From: Octopus sinensis
Taxonomy: Eukaryota
Direction: 5' to 3'
Length of the DNA stretch: 64,000 nt
NCBI RefSeq assembly: GCF_006345805.1
Contig: NW_021837044.1
Span: forward strand, 3,357-67,356
The position numbers and the translations under genes are program-made. The notes under the pieces were generated by a model. That model was not told the DNA's origin and searched no databases. It worked only from the letters and a program-made list of their open reading frames with translations. This document shows positions 51,040 to 64,000 of this stretch, in pieces (the first letter of the stretch is position 1; each line of letters begins with the position of its first letter).

Positions 51040-51642
51040 TACACAGACACACACATATATATATATGTATATCCGTCCTTCATGTAACAGCTTCCAATTT
51101 TTTTCCTCGTTCTCTTTTTCTCTGCTTACCCCTTTTTTCTTTTCTTTTTCATTTACATTCCTCTGACTTCCACCCATCCATGCGTATAACTTATACCCCT
51201 TCCTATACACAACCTACTTATTAACTCACACGCGTTTGCATTTAGCATGTACAAAATCTCAGCGCACACCCGTACACTCACACCCACATGCAAACACACA
51301 TGGAGACACATACATGCACACACGTACACACCTGCACACAAGCACTCACGCGTACTTACACGCAAGCACAAACAAACACATACATACATCCACAGCAACA
51401 CACATACACATAAACGTACACACATATTTACATATCTTTTATTCTTTTACTTGTTTCAGTCATTTGACTGCGGCCATGCTGAAGCACCGACTTTAGTCGA
51501 ACATATCGACCCCAGAACTTATTCTTTGCGAGCCTAGTACTAATTCTATCGGTCTCTTTTGCCGAAGCGCTGATGTTACAAGGACGTAAACACACCAACA
51601 TCGGTTGCCAAGGGATGGTGAAGGGACAAACACAAACACACA

Positions 51643-51677
<35 letters not shown>

Positions 51678-52480
51678 GGGTTTAGTTCACAGGTGATCTA
51701 AATGATTAGGTACGCTAGATAATAATAATATTGTATACGACTTGAGATGTTTGCCTTGCGTTAATGTTTACTGTCCTGTTTAACAATTATATATATATAT
51801 ATATAATACAAAAATAGGACAGGAACGCAAAACATCCAGACAGGTAGGTGATACAAAAAATGGTCAACAAAGAATCTAGACAGACGATACAAAGTAAACA
51901 AGAACGGGTCAATCGAGTTTAGTTTCCTCAGTCAAGCTCCAGATTATCTTTACAATTTCGGCTGGTTATACTCGAGATTACTCCAACCTGACTAGCCCCA
52001 AGGAAACACTAAGCTAAGAGAACTAGATACCTTAGAAGAAAGCAGAGAATGTATACGAAAACAAGGACGAAAAAAACCGGAGAAATGGTACACAAATACA
52101 AAAGCAAATAAGGCCATTACCAACAGGTGTCTCTCGACTAAGGACGAATTAAATTAAGCTGGTGTGTTTGGCAGTAAAGCCTTACGGCAGGGACATATGT
52201 TTTGACAGGCACGGGGAAGAATATAGATGTTGCACGGATTGTAGACGAACCAAGAAAGAAAGGTCAGGCTTGGTCGAACACCGGTCATGCGACAGGCTTC
52301 TTTCAGTGTTCGTCTACAAAATACACTCATAAGGTTTTGGTCAGCTCGAGAATATAGTAGAAGACGCCTGCCCAAGGTGCCATGCGGTGGGACTGAACCC
52401 GGAACCATGTAGTTGGGAAGCAAGCTTCTTACCACAGAGCCACGACACTTCACACACACTCTCTCTCACACATACACCAG

Positions 52481-52520
<40 letters not shown>

Positions 52521-52879
52521 CACACACATACATTCACACACACAGTGACCATTTGCACACTCTCCTGCCTTCAAAAAGACACATTCCATATCTCTTTCCA
52601 CCTACCGGTCAGTCACTTTTCGGTCATGCAATGACTCACGTGCGTTTCTTTGGACTATCTCTCGTTTCCGCTTTTTCTTTCTCTTGGGACTTTTTCCTGT
52701 TTCGAAACGTCGTTTCTACTCCAATTTTCCCCTCTAACATTTTCACTGACATCACTGTAGTATATTGATTGTGTACGTCTCATTGACTTTAGCTATTTAT
52801 TCCTATTTTTTAATTTATCACACACATGCATGTGCACAAACATATCCACATACCTATCTATCCAGCTAGCTATCTAGCT

Positions 52880-53562
52880 GGGAAGGAAGAGCTATTTTCA
52901 TCATCCTTGTGGCTATGGCGAAAGAATGTATCTGGTGGACGCGTCTGAAAGGATTGGAGACAAACACTTTCCTCTCTGGTCAATCTCTCATCAACTTCTT
53001 CAAGTACCACTTGAAAAGGAAAGTGAGAGTAGAGAGGCAAGTTTTGTCTAGCGAATGTTTTAAAAAAAGATGGGTGAATGTAGCAAGGATGGCACGTATG
53101 AATGACGAAGCCACCTTGAGCATAATCCTATGAACCCAGGGTTACCCACTTGCAAACAAATGTGGTAACATATAACAATATTGACCAAGGTTACCGTGGT
53201 CTTTTTCGTAGGCTTTTCTTCCCACGGATAAACCTTACTTGCTTTCCCCTTTACAACATATATCATAACACTGTGATACACGATCCCTATTGATCATTCT
53301 TTTTTTCCCTTTTTTCTTCTTTTTTCATTTCTCTTTCCTTTTGTTCCTTTTCCTTTCCTTTTTTTTTCTTTTTATTCTTTTTATTTTATTCAAATTTTTT
53401 TTGTTTTTGTTCTTTTCTTCCCTTTTACGATCCCTCTTGATCGAAAACCTACGCCACCCCCTTTTTTTTCTTTTGTTTTTGTTCTCTTCATCCCCCAAAA
53501 GAAAAGCTCTACCTTGTAACTTGTCCCATCTGTGTGCAGCCCTGTGTAGCCAATAAAGAAAC
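52880..53562 (+). mobile_element. L1/Tx1-type LINE 3' fragment
   Basis: Near-identical to 30633-30880 (MAKECIWWTRLKGLETNTF...); TATC-like repeats at both ends. Confidence 0.85.
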
Positions 53563-53619
53563 TTATCTAGCTACCATCCTACAAATTTATCTACTTATCT
53601 CTCTACTCATCTCTGCTCA

Positions 53620-53626
53620 CCTACTC

Positions 53627-53713
<87 letters not shown>

Positions 53714-53719
53714 ATCTAT

Positions 53720-53776
<57 letters not shown>

Positions 53777-53779
53777 ATC

Positions 53780-53869
<90 letters not shown>

Positions 53870-53885
53870 CCTATCTATCTACCTA
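53620..53885. repeat. (TATC)n microsatellite
   Basis: Seen directly. Confidence 0.97.
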
Positions 53886-54213
53886 TGTCTATATCTCTTC
53901 AGATGCAGTGAATTTCAACTCCAATCATCCAGCATTACGAATAAGGGAAGTGTGCAATTTCAACTTTGGCTGCTATTTTTAGCAGCTTTTACTACGACGA
54001 AGAAGAACCCTCGTTGCTTAGTAACAACTCACGCAGTTTTATTTTATTTTATTCTATTTTATTTTTTTCTGTTTAGAGAGTTCATTAAGTGCAACCAAAA
54101 TCCTGTCGTTGTTGTTATCTGAAACATAAAACTAATAAATACCACAAAATTTAACTGAAATAAAACTTATGCCATGTAGACGAGGCTTGATAGATTGGTT
54201 GGCACCAAGCCAC

Positions 54214-54214
<1 letters not shown>

Positions 54215-54253
<39 letters not shown>

Positions 54254-54602
54254 GGATGGAGAGACAGAGGGGAAGAGAGAGACAGAGAGAGAGACAGAGA
54301 GAGAGAGGAAGAGAGAGAGAGGGAGAGAGAGAGAGAGAGGAAGAAAGAGAGAGAGAGGGAGAGAGACAGAGAAGGAGCGAACGATCGTGGATGTATGTGT
54401 GTATATATAGGAGAGACAAACAGAGAAAGATAGGGATAAAGAATGAGAGAGAGGAGAGAGAGAGAGGGAGGGAGAGAGAGAACGAGAGAGAGAGGAAGAT
54501 GGAAAGAGAGAGGAAGAGAGAGAGAGAGGGAGATAGACAGAGAAGGAGCGAACGATCGTGTGTGTATATATAGGAGAGAAACAGAGAAAGATAGGGAGAA
54601 AG

Positions 54603-54641
<39 letters not shown>

Positions 54642-54710
54642 AAGAGAGAAAGATAGAGAGAACGAATGAGAGAGAGAAAGAGAGAGAGAGAGGGAGAGAG
54701 AGGGTGAAGA
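54215..54710. repeat. (GA)n-rich tract with a ~170 bp higher-order duplication
   Basis: gagaaggagcgaacgatcgtg..tatataggagaga recurs at ~54370 and ~54540. Confidence 0.85.
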
Positions 54711-55695
54711 ACCGAGAGACAATCGTTAAAATGCGATTCTAGAACTCGATTGGGTTTTGATGTTGGAGCAGAAAGCATTCCGGATGTTTCGAAAGCAAAC
54801 TTGTTGTCAATAGAAATTCTTAAATTTCAAAGATTTTACTTCCGCATTTTAAAACTCCATGGATGCAAAACTGCATCAACCAAACGTTGCTGCTGCAGTT
54901 TTTTTAAATTTATAACTATTGATGTTGATGTTGTTGTTGATGCTGATAATGGTGATGATGTTGCTGAAATTGTTGTTGCTGTTACTGTTACTGCTGCTGC
55001 TGCTGTTCTTGTTCTCATTGTTTTTGATGTTGTTGTTGTTGTTGTTAATTTGCTACAACTTATTCGTAGTCGAACAGAACTATGATCCTTAGGTGTTCCA
55101 AACATGCCTATCTCGTCGTCTTCTTTCAGGACGAGGAGAGGAGTATAGGAAGAGTGGTAGTAGTAGTAGTAGTAGTAGTAGTAGTAATAGTACAGGGAGG
55201 AGGAATAGGAGGGAGTTGGCTATGGTGAACTTGACCAATACCTAGTATATCACTGGTATCTTGTCATCGAATCCAGAGGGATGCCGTCCTCGGTATACAG
55301 GTTTCAAATTCGGAATACAGTTGATGTGACTAAGAGCTGAAGGCACTTTGTATATAATCTTACCGATTGTGTCACCATCACCAAATACAAATGACTCTCA
55401 CATACACTAACACACACACACACATAGACACACACACACACACACACACACGAAAGTGTGTAGACAGTGGTTAGAGAGTTGGTTTGACGATCGTGAAGTC
55501 GTGGGTTCGATTCCTCGACGAGGTGATGCGATAAGTCTTTGACCAAAATATGTTCATTTCTACTCAGGTGAAAATGAATACCAGTTGGTCCACTTCCTCT
55601 GGCAGCTTGAAGAAAAAATATACACGCATACACACGTACATAGATATACAGATATACACAGACACACACACATACAGATATACACACACATACAG

Positions 55696-55728
<33 letters not shown>

Positions 55729-55736
55729 ACACACAT

Positions 55737-55779
<43 letters not shown>

Positions 55780-56041
55780 TATATATATAATATATACATA
55801 CATGTTTTTAGGCTTTTGAGTTATAAGAAAAGGTTTGCTCGTTTATCTTATAGTTCGATATAGAAATCGGAAATTTGGTGTTGCAAACTAGTTTCTCTGG
55901 ACTGTTGTGCGTGTATGAGGTTTTGCATGCATAGGATAGCTTTGCAATAATAGCCAGTCGGCTGCATGTAGCGCGGCTCTGTTTTTAATACGTGGTCTTG
56001 CTAATGATGTTGGCTTCTTTTATTCTCAGGTTGCCAATGTT

Positions 56042-56154
56042 TCATGCTGTAACATCATTGGATACCAGGATGTCGTGAGTGTCGCATTTCCGTAGGTGGT
56101 TTTCTCGACAGTAGAAGCATCCCCATTCACTCCACAGAACGAAACATTTGGAAA
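56042..56154 (-). CDS. Weak candidate terminal exon of an unidentified host gene
   Basis: Acceptor tttttctactttcAG (56155-56156); open frame SKCFVLWSEWGCFYCRENHLRKCDTHDILVSNDVTA*; AATAAA at 56019-56024. No homology recognised. Confidence 0.2.
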
Positions 56155-58071
56155 CTGAAAGTAGAAAAAGCCATCATCATTAACAAGATCAATGCACATA
56201 TTAACTACAGGACCGAGCTGCACGCAGCCGATAGGTTATTACTGCAATGTCACTTCACGCATGGAAGGGTTCTTCTAACCCAGCCACAATATAACCACAC
56301 GCATACACAACAGAGCAGAAATACTTGCTTTCAACGCCATATGTCCAACATCTTTTTCCTGAAAAAGGGGTCGTAACCCCGATATATTAAAACAATAAGT
56401 GTGAAACCATTGTCTTTTTATTTCTTATAACTTGCATTGTTTTAACTTTTCAGACAGAGATACAAAAGATTTTATACATATGTAGATTACCATTAGTAAA
56501 ATTAATAACAACAACAATAATATAAGTGGCCGGTACAACCTTTGTTGACCACAGGTTGGGAACCATTGATCTAAAACGCAAAAGGTAACTTCAGCAGGAC
56601 TGGAACCTGAACCGTAATGAAAATTCGCAAAGTAGTTTGTGAGGTGCTTTAGTGATTCGGCCAGTAGGCATATCTCGAGTGAAGATATTAGCAATGGTTT
56701 TATTGGTAATGTTGGCTCTGCTTTACGGATATTTTACCATAAGTAAATGGAAGTCACCTTGGATCTGAGATATTTCATTGCCAATCCCTTAACACGACGT
56801 GCTTATCACTAATTAACAGGTCTTTAATTAATTGTGATTGTAGGCAGGTAAGTGGGGAGAGACACACTAGAAGTTGGGAGAGGTAGGGAGAAATATAGAA
56901 CGAAAGATTAAGAGAGGACAGGAAAGAAAAAAAGATGAGAAAACGAAAGTAAGAATGGTTAGATAAAGAGAGAGAAAGAGAGAGAGAGAGGGAGAGGAGA
57001 GAGAGAAAGAGGGAGGTGATGAGAGATATAATTAAAGACAGACAGATGGAAGATACAGATAGATAAGGATGTAGATGAATCGATAGAGGTTATATATACA
57101 TACATATATTCGTATATATACATGTATGTACATGTATACAGACATAGTTAACATAAATATGCATTAACATTCATTACTTGTACATACGTAGCTTACAAAT
57201 ACACTACATACATATACACAAAAAATATGCATTACGTATACATACATACATACACATGTATATAATTGTACACATAGCTGTGGATTTGTATAAAATAGAT
57301 GTGTGTGTGTGTGTGTGTCTGAAGAGAGAGAGAGAAAGAAAAAGAGAAGAGAGGGAAGATAAACTTATGTATCGATAGATAGATAGAAAGATAGATAGAA
57401 AGATAGACAGACAACAGATCATCAGGCACACGGACAGACAGACAGACAGACAGACAGACATTAGTGATAAATAAACCAGATATGCGACAAACAAAATTAC
57501 GACTTCGTTAAGCGACCTTCCTATATTATAAAACAACATTAATTAATTAATTATTTCCAGAGAACGCGGATTTTATTAATTGATTTTAATCAACATACTT
57601 GTGTTGATTAAAGCTGTTGCCATTATTATTATGCCATTAAGTTGTCATTATTGCCGTTTTAATGGAAGTATGAAACAGTGAGGTGTGACAGACCGGCAGC
57701 CATGACAGGTTTTGCCATGACGCAGCCGTTTATGTGTATGCGTGCATGTATGTATGTATGTATGTATGTATGCATGTATGTATGTATGTTTGTATGTATG
57801 TATGTATGCATGTATGCATGCATGTGTGTATGTTTGTATGTGTGTGTATGTATGTATGTATGTATGTGTGTGTGTATGTATGTATGTATGCATGTATGTA
57901 TGTATGTATGTATGCATGTGTGTATGTTTGTATGTGTGTGTATGTATGTATGTATGTATGTATGTGTGTGTGTATGTATGTATGCATGTATGTATGTATG
58001 TATGTATGCATGTATGTATGTATGTATGTATGCATGCATGTGTGTATGTTTGTATGTATGTATATATGTAT

Positions 58072-58581
58072 GTCTTCGTGTTTTTAACTACCGTAAATCC
58101 TCGACGGCGACTAAACTGGCAACCCCACCAAGCTTGCTTGGTGAGAAGGGTGTTTATTGGACACCCTGCGGGATGAAAAACAAAACCCGTCAAAGGGCGG
58201 AGGAACTCTTGCGAGTCAACGGCCATCCAATAAATGTCTTAGGGCTGTATCATGCGCGGGGACATAGAAATAATCGGACTGAATACCCGATCGCGCGGTT
58301 AAACCATTGGGAGTGAAGGACTCCCAGCCTTTGTTTGGGCATCCTTCTAGGAGAAGGTAACTCTGGTAACTGGGATAACTCCGAAATAAAACCTGCGGCT
58401 CAGTGGTTACCGATGATGTTGATTTGTTCTTCTTTTCGGATTATGGCTGCTGTTGCTTAGTGAGTGGGATTGACTCAGTGCACAGCCTTGCACAGGCATT
58501 GCACGATAACAACATTGATTAAGCTTCGTGCAATGGCCATACTCGATAACGAGAGGGCAGCCACCATGTATGTATGTATGT
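58072..58581 (+). mobile_element. Non-autonomous bipartite RTE derivative (RTE 5' UTR-like part plus RTE 3' tail)
   Basis: Tail 58519-58570 matches the reverse complement of 21797-21852. The motif ctaggagaaggtaactctg resembles RTE 5' UTRs. Flanked by (TATG)n. Confidence 0.6.
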
Positions 58582-58979
58582 AGGGTAACCGAATGAAAGA
58601 ATGATTGTGATTCAAGCTCTCAATTCAAATTCATAACAGTGGACTTGGATGGCAACGGAGAATCGTGAGAATCTACACAAGCAGTGGGTCTGTACATTTA
58701 TCGCCGATTCCGCAGAAGCACTGAAGGAGTGTACATTACAATCTTCAGGTCACGTTGATCTCCAAATGTCACTGAAACTCTCAAGAAAAACCCATGTCTT
58801 CATGACTCGAATTTTTACAATTTCTTTTTATTTATTTATATATGGATGCCATGTTACTTCCTAAGACAAAGGTATCAATGTCGATATTTGTATTGCCATC
58901 GCCGTTGTTGTCGTTGTCGTCCACGTGACCAGTATCAACATAGTGTCGTCACTAGCTATCAATGTTATCGACATCGGCA

Positions 58980-58988
58980 ATCATCGTC

Positions 58989-59046
<58 letters not shown>

Positions 59047-59937
59047 GTCATCGTCATCGTCATCGTGATCATCATCATCATCATCATCATCAACAGTAGC
59101 CACAACACCATAGCATCACCATCATCAGCATCCTCATCAACATCATCATCATCATCAATACTTTCATCATCGTCGTAGTCGTCGTCATCATTGTCATCGT
59201 GAGCAGCAACAGAGTCAGCAATCTCACGATCACTAACGTCGCCGTTGACATTATTGTCATCATCATCTTCATCATCATCATCATCACCATCATCATCGTC
59301 GTCGTCATCATCACCATCATCATCGTCGTCGTCGTCATCATCATCATCGTCATCATCATCATGATCATCACCTTCACCGCCATCATCACCATCATCACCT
59401 CACCACTTTCATCACCACTTTCATCACCATCATCATCATCATTATCATCGTCATCCTCCTCCTCCTCATCATCATCATCACCAATGCCATCACTATAACC
59501 ACCACAACTCTCAGCAGCAGCATCATCTCCATCATCAATCACCATAAAGATCGTCGGCACCGACTTCGTCCCTCATGAGCATCAGCATCAACATCTTCTT
59601 GGTGATGCTGGAGTGGTGATGACGATGGCGATGATGATGGCGAAAGTTATCGTCGTCGTCGTCGTGATTGTGATGGCAGTTGTCGAGTGTTAGCAACGCG
59701 TGTGTGCATCTGTGTTTAGGTGTATATGTATGTGTGTGTGTGTCTGTGTGTGTATTTGAGTGGGAGACGAATGAGTTTAACCTGCCACTGTATCCTTCCC
59801 CAAATATCACTAGCTCCCCCGCACGCACACACACACACACACCATTCTCTTTTTTCTCACTTCTCCAAAACTTTCTGTCTAATCCCCCTCTCTTCTTTCT
59901 CGGTCTTTCTGCATATGCATATGCGTGTGTGCAAATG

Positions 59938-60002
<65 letters not shown>

Positions 60003-60057
60003 ATATATATATATACACACACATATAATATATACATATATATGAATACATATATAC

Positions 60058-60101
<44 letters not shown>

Positions 60102-60131
60102 TATATACATATATATATATGTATATATACA

Positions 60132-60184
<53 letters not shown>

Positions 60185-60420
60185 ACATATATGTAAGTAT
60201 ATGTATATACATATATATATACTCATTTTTTCTCTTTCTCTCTCTCTCTCTATATATATATGCACATATAGATAAAAGCATATATATATATATGTATTTA
60301 TATGTATATTTCTGCACATATTACATATATATAAATCACACACATATATGAGTGTATATGTACATATATGTATAAATATATATACATACATATGTACATA
60401 CACACGCACATATACACACA
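58980..60420. repeat. Cryptic (ATC/GTC)n tract and long (TA)n tract
   Basis: Seen directly (58980-59680 and 59940-60420). Confidence 0.9.
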
Positions 60421-61188
60421 TATAAGATGTCTAATTCTTTAAACGGTTTCTCCTTTCTCCTCTCAGTAGTTAGCGTAGCGTCTAGAATTTCTCAAGATTT
60501 CTCTGGAATAAATACAATCAGTTTCCTGACATATTCCAACTTCAAAGAGAAATATAAAACAAAAAAATGTCGATTCTTATCGGGTTTCCCTTACCGTTTC
60601 TAAAATAAAAAAAAGACATTCAAAGACAAAAAAAAAATGAGACGCAAGAATGGAACAGAAATATCTCTGGAAAACAGAGCTCAGAAAAATACATGATGAG
60701 GTAGATAATTCATGGAGGTGCTGATATTTGTCAGGAGAAGACTAAGCTTTTCTGATGAGGCCTAATAAGATCGAAACAAGTCCGTGGTTATCCAGAAGTC
60801 TGCTTTCAAAGATTAGATTTTCCCCTTAAGTATAAAAATGAAATTTTAATCTATTTTAAATCGTCACTCCTGCTTTTTTGTGTTTGTTAGTAACTCACAA
60901 ATTTGTAAGGTACAATTCTTACGTTTTCCTTTACCTACTTTGAGATGAAGTTTTGTTTATTGAGAATTATTTCCGAATTCATCGTCCAATGCATTCATCG
61001 TTCAATGAGCAACGTAAATTCTAAGTTTATAATTATCTTTATCTGTTTATGTATATTTTTACTTCTTTTTTTTTTGTCATTTCGATGGGATTTCAACTTA
61101 TTGAGGCGCGAAGCTGAGTATCTTGACATTTTAGTTCAGTTTCCTAACATTTCTGCTCGCCATTAATTTTACTGTAATAATAATACAA

Positions 61189-61551
61189 AACAAGAGCACT
61201 CAGAAAGTGCAAACTCCGCCATCGTAACACCAAAGTCCTCTCAACGATTAGCCTAGATGATTTTTTTAAATGAGAATATCTGAAATAAACTCGACTGCTC
61301 TCGCAAACAAGAATACTAAAAATGAACCCGACCGCTTTCAAAAATTAAGAAAAACAGGAAAAATAATCCAGAATCCTTGTTCAGTACCGGATCGATCCCA
61401 AAATCTAACCAGTTTGTGCCAGGCACGAGGTCAAACATCCCTGATAGTTTCATCCAAGTCTATTCAGTGGTTTTTGCGATATCTTGTCCACGGTCAAACA
61501 AACAAACGCGACTGAAAACAATACCCACGCCTTCGCTAAGGCGGAAATAAT
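61189..61551 (+). mobile_element. Helentron-associated interspersed element (HINE/DINE-like)
   Basis: 5' aacaagagcactcag..ctccgcc subterminal repeat; 3' (AAAC)n then stem-loop cgccttcgctaaggcgg. Confidence 0.6.
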
Positions 61552-61672
61552 AAGGTGGGAGGTAGACAATTGTTAAACCTCTCCTGTTCCCCATCAACGT
61601 TGAGGAGTGGAAAAATGGTGCCTAGAGTACCAGAAATGGTAAACTGCTCAGCGGAACAATATCCTCTCTGAT

Positions 61673-61862
61673 TATAAGGCGGCGAGCTGGCAGAAACCTT
61701 AGCCTGACGAACTTTACGTTCTGAGTTCAAATTCCACCGAGGTCGATTTTGCTTTTCATCCTTTCGGTGTCCATAAATTAAGTGCCAGCTGTGTACTGGG
61801 GTCGATCTGATCGACTGAACCCCTCCCCTAAAATTTCGGGCCTTGTGTCCAGAGTAAGAAAG
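61673..61862 (+). mobile_element. Family C SINE with 15-bp TSD
   Basis: TSD aatatcctctctgat (61658-61672) / aatgtcctctctgat (61863-61877). Confidence 0.85.
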
Positions 61863-62215
61863 AATGTCCTCTCTGATGAAACTTCATTCACCATTTCTCA
61901 CTTCGGAGCGAGTTTATGTTTAAAGACAGATCAAACAAGCATTTGATCCTGACTGATTGGCCCCTATCCTGAAGAATGGAGGTAGATCCCTTTGGACTTC
62001 GGCAGCTATATCACGGTATTCTCTTGACCCTGTAATTGTTCTACATGGCAGAGTTAACGCCTAGGATTATTCGAGTATTTTGGTCGATCATGTCACTCTT
62101 ATGATACTAACATTGTTTCATAATGTCAGTACAATCTTCCACGACGATAATACAAACGGCTTTTATTATTATTATTATCATCATTATTATTATTATTATT
62201 ATTATCATCATTATT

Positions 62216-62268
<53 letters not shown>

Positions 62269-62279
62269 TATTATTATTA

Positions 62280-62327
<48 letters not shown>

Positions 62328-62339
62328 GGTATTGATACA

Positions 62340-62500
62340 TCGATTAGAAAGCATTTTTTCTTGATGATCTCTGACAACTATATCTGGCCTATTGGCCTTA
62401 ATTTCTCTATCTCTGTGTATTGACATGTCCCAGAGTACGGTTGCTTCCTCATTTTCTGTAACCTTTTCTGGCGTGTGCCTATACCATCTTTTTGCTGTTG
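62340..62500 (-). mobile_element. Dong-type LINE internal fragment embedded in (ATT)n
   Basis: KRWYRHTPEKVTENEEATVLWDMSIHRDREIKANRPDIVVRDHQEK, same family as 9015-9715. Confidence 0.85.
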
Positions 62501-62528
62501 CTAATATTATTATTTTTATTATTATTAA

Positions 62529-62597
<69 letters not shown>

Positions 62598-62768
62598 CAT
62601 CATCATCATCATCATCATTATTCAAAATTGGTTTTAATGCGGCGAGCTGGCAGAATCGTTACCGCGCTGGGCAAAATGCTTAGCGGTATTTCGTCCGTCT
62701 TTACGTTCTGATTTAAAATACTGCCGAGTTTGACTTTGCTTTTCATTTTTTCGGTGTAAATAAGTACC

Positions 62769-63294
62769 AAAAAGTCTCTCCACAGTATTTTATTGCAAAA
62801 TAAATATTTATAAGATGGTATAAGACTACAAAAGAATATAATAGACCTTACAAGACTCCAGAAAAACTTTATAAGAGGTGTTGAAATACGTAAGCTGACT
62901 CTTCTCCACATGTTTTGAAATACATCTTGGAGAGTCTGATGTGGAATGGACCGTGTAAAGATTACAATTGCGTCTTTTAGCTCATTAATGGTTTTCGGGT
63001 GATTCGTGTACACTGGTCCTTTATTTGCAGTCTGGCAGTGTTAAATCAGGTGATCTTGGTGGCCAAAGTCCCTTCGAAATAATCCGTTCATCGAAAAATA
63101 CTTGAAGCAGCGCCAAGGTGATGCGCAAAGTATGTGCTGTAGCTCCATCTTGCTGAAAGTATGCATCATTAATTTCACTTTCAGTGAGTTGGCCTACAAC
63201 TGGATAGACAATATTTGAGCAATATCTCTCGGTGTTGATGGTGGAGGGTAAGTCTTCAAAAAGTTCACTGCGGAGAGACTTTTTGAACACCCTG
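62769..63294 (-). mobile_element. Tc1/mariner-superfamily deletion derivative
   Basis: FQQDGATAHT, WPPRSPDLT; TIR cagggtgttcaaaaagtctctccgcagt plus TA at right; partial TIR aaaaagtctctccacagt at left. Confidence 0.85.
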
Positions 63295-63688
63295 TATGTA
63301 CCTAACTGAAATAGGCACAGGGAGCATTGTGGTTCACTGACGTTCTTGCTAACACCTATCCTGCATGACCGCAGCCCAATAAGTGAGACCAGCGAAAAGA
63401 ATTCTTTAAAAAAAACTGGAATGTTCGTGGTTGCAAAGCGAGATTCTCGACCACAAAGAGATGCCTGCAGCTATGGTAACAGGATAAAAAAAAAAAGGAA
63501 AAATTTCTGCCGCCACATGAAATTGAACCAGGAAATATTTGACTGAGAACGAGTTTCTTAACATCACAAGCACGTTTAGGCCGATGGTAAAACATGCAAA
63601 TTGCTTTGTAATGTGAGAAAGAGACACTGACTTGGTTAAGAGAAATCTCAACAATGATGTACACACCACACACACCAACATATATACA

Positions 63689-63721
<33 letters not shown>

Positions 63722-63799
63722 GTATATATGAAAACAATTTGTGTAGCCCTCAATGAATCATTATATCTTTCTTCTCTCCCGTGTGTATATATATATATA

Positions 63800-64000
63800 C
63801 GAGGGGCGTTCAATAAGTAATGCCCCTGACCCACTTCCCATAGCAGTAGAGCAACGAAACTTGGCACAGTTATTAGTCTTTTTCTACATAGGAACCACCC
63901 AGAGTTACGCATTTCTCCCATTGTTGGATTCAGCTCTGGAGTCCGTTTTTGTAGAAGACCCCAGCTTGGTCCTCCAACCTGAACGTGACTTCAGAAATCA
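63800..64000 (+). mobile_element. Mariner-type element left end (truncated by window)
   Basis: TA-CGAGGGGCGTTCAATAAGTAATGCC, a typical mariner TIR. Confidence 0.65.

Noticed and set aside
56031-56100. LPMFHAVTSLDT resembling the LPxFHAxTGCD motif of some invertebrate transposon-related proteins
   Set aside because: The match is short, followed by a stop, and has no supporting flanking similarity.
58072-58135. HDV-like ribozyme at the 5' end of the RTE derivative (TCCTCG resembles L3)
   Set aside because: P1 and P3 could not be paired consistently by eye; needs a descriptor search.
60748-60785. CTGATGA..GAAACAAGTC hammerhead-like string
   Set aside because: No helix I pairing and a weak helix II; may be chance or heavily decayed.

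Overview
Repeat-saturated eukaryotic non-coding DNA, most likely from an Octopus genome. That assignment rests on my recognition of the tRNA-derived SINE families and the extreme microsatellite load, not on a database search. No host gene can be supported with confidence; there is one weak candidate exon near 56.1 kb. Almost all long ORFs in the track are microsatellite translations. The real coding remnants are transposons: a near-intact CR1/L2-group LINE (42.9-45.7 kb), R4/Dong-type, L1/Tx1-type and RTE-type LINE fragments, several Tc1/mariner remnants, a full-length decayed piggyBac, two Helitrons and a HINE. The main unexplained signal is a dense set of about 19 minimal type I hammerhead-ribozyme (HHR) motifs with palindromic helix III, found by eye in Penelope/retrozyme-like repeats. 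Two loci (0.2-2.4 kb and 19.0-20.0 kb) share one architecture: an inverted arm followed by head-to-tail 554 or 590 bp units, each carrying one HHR, inserted in (TA)n. This is the layout expected of retrozyme-like elements that could make ~550-590 nt self-cleaved or circular RNAs. Also visible are LINE-SINE 3' tail partnerships and an apparent partition of microsatellite types among retroelement clades. Homopolymer and (TA)n irregularities suggest long-read assembly errors, so single-base details need read-level checking.
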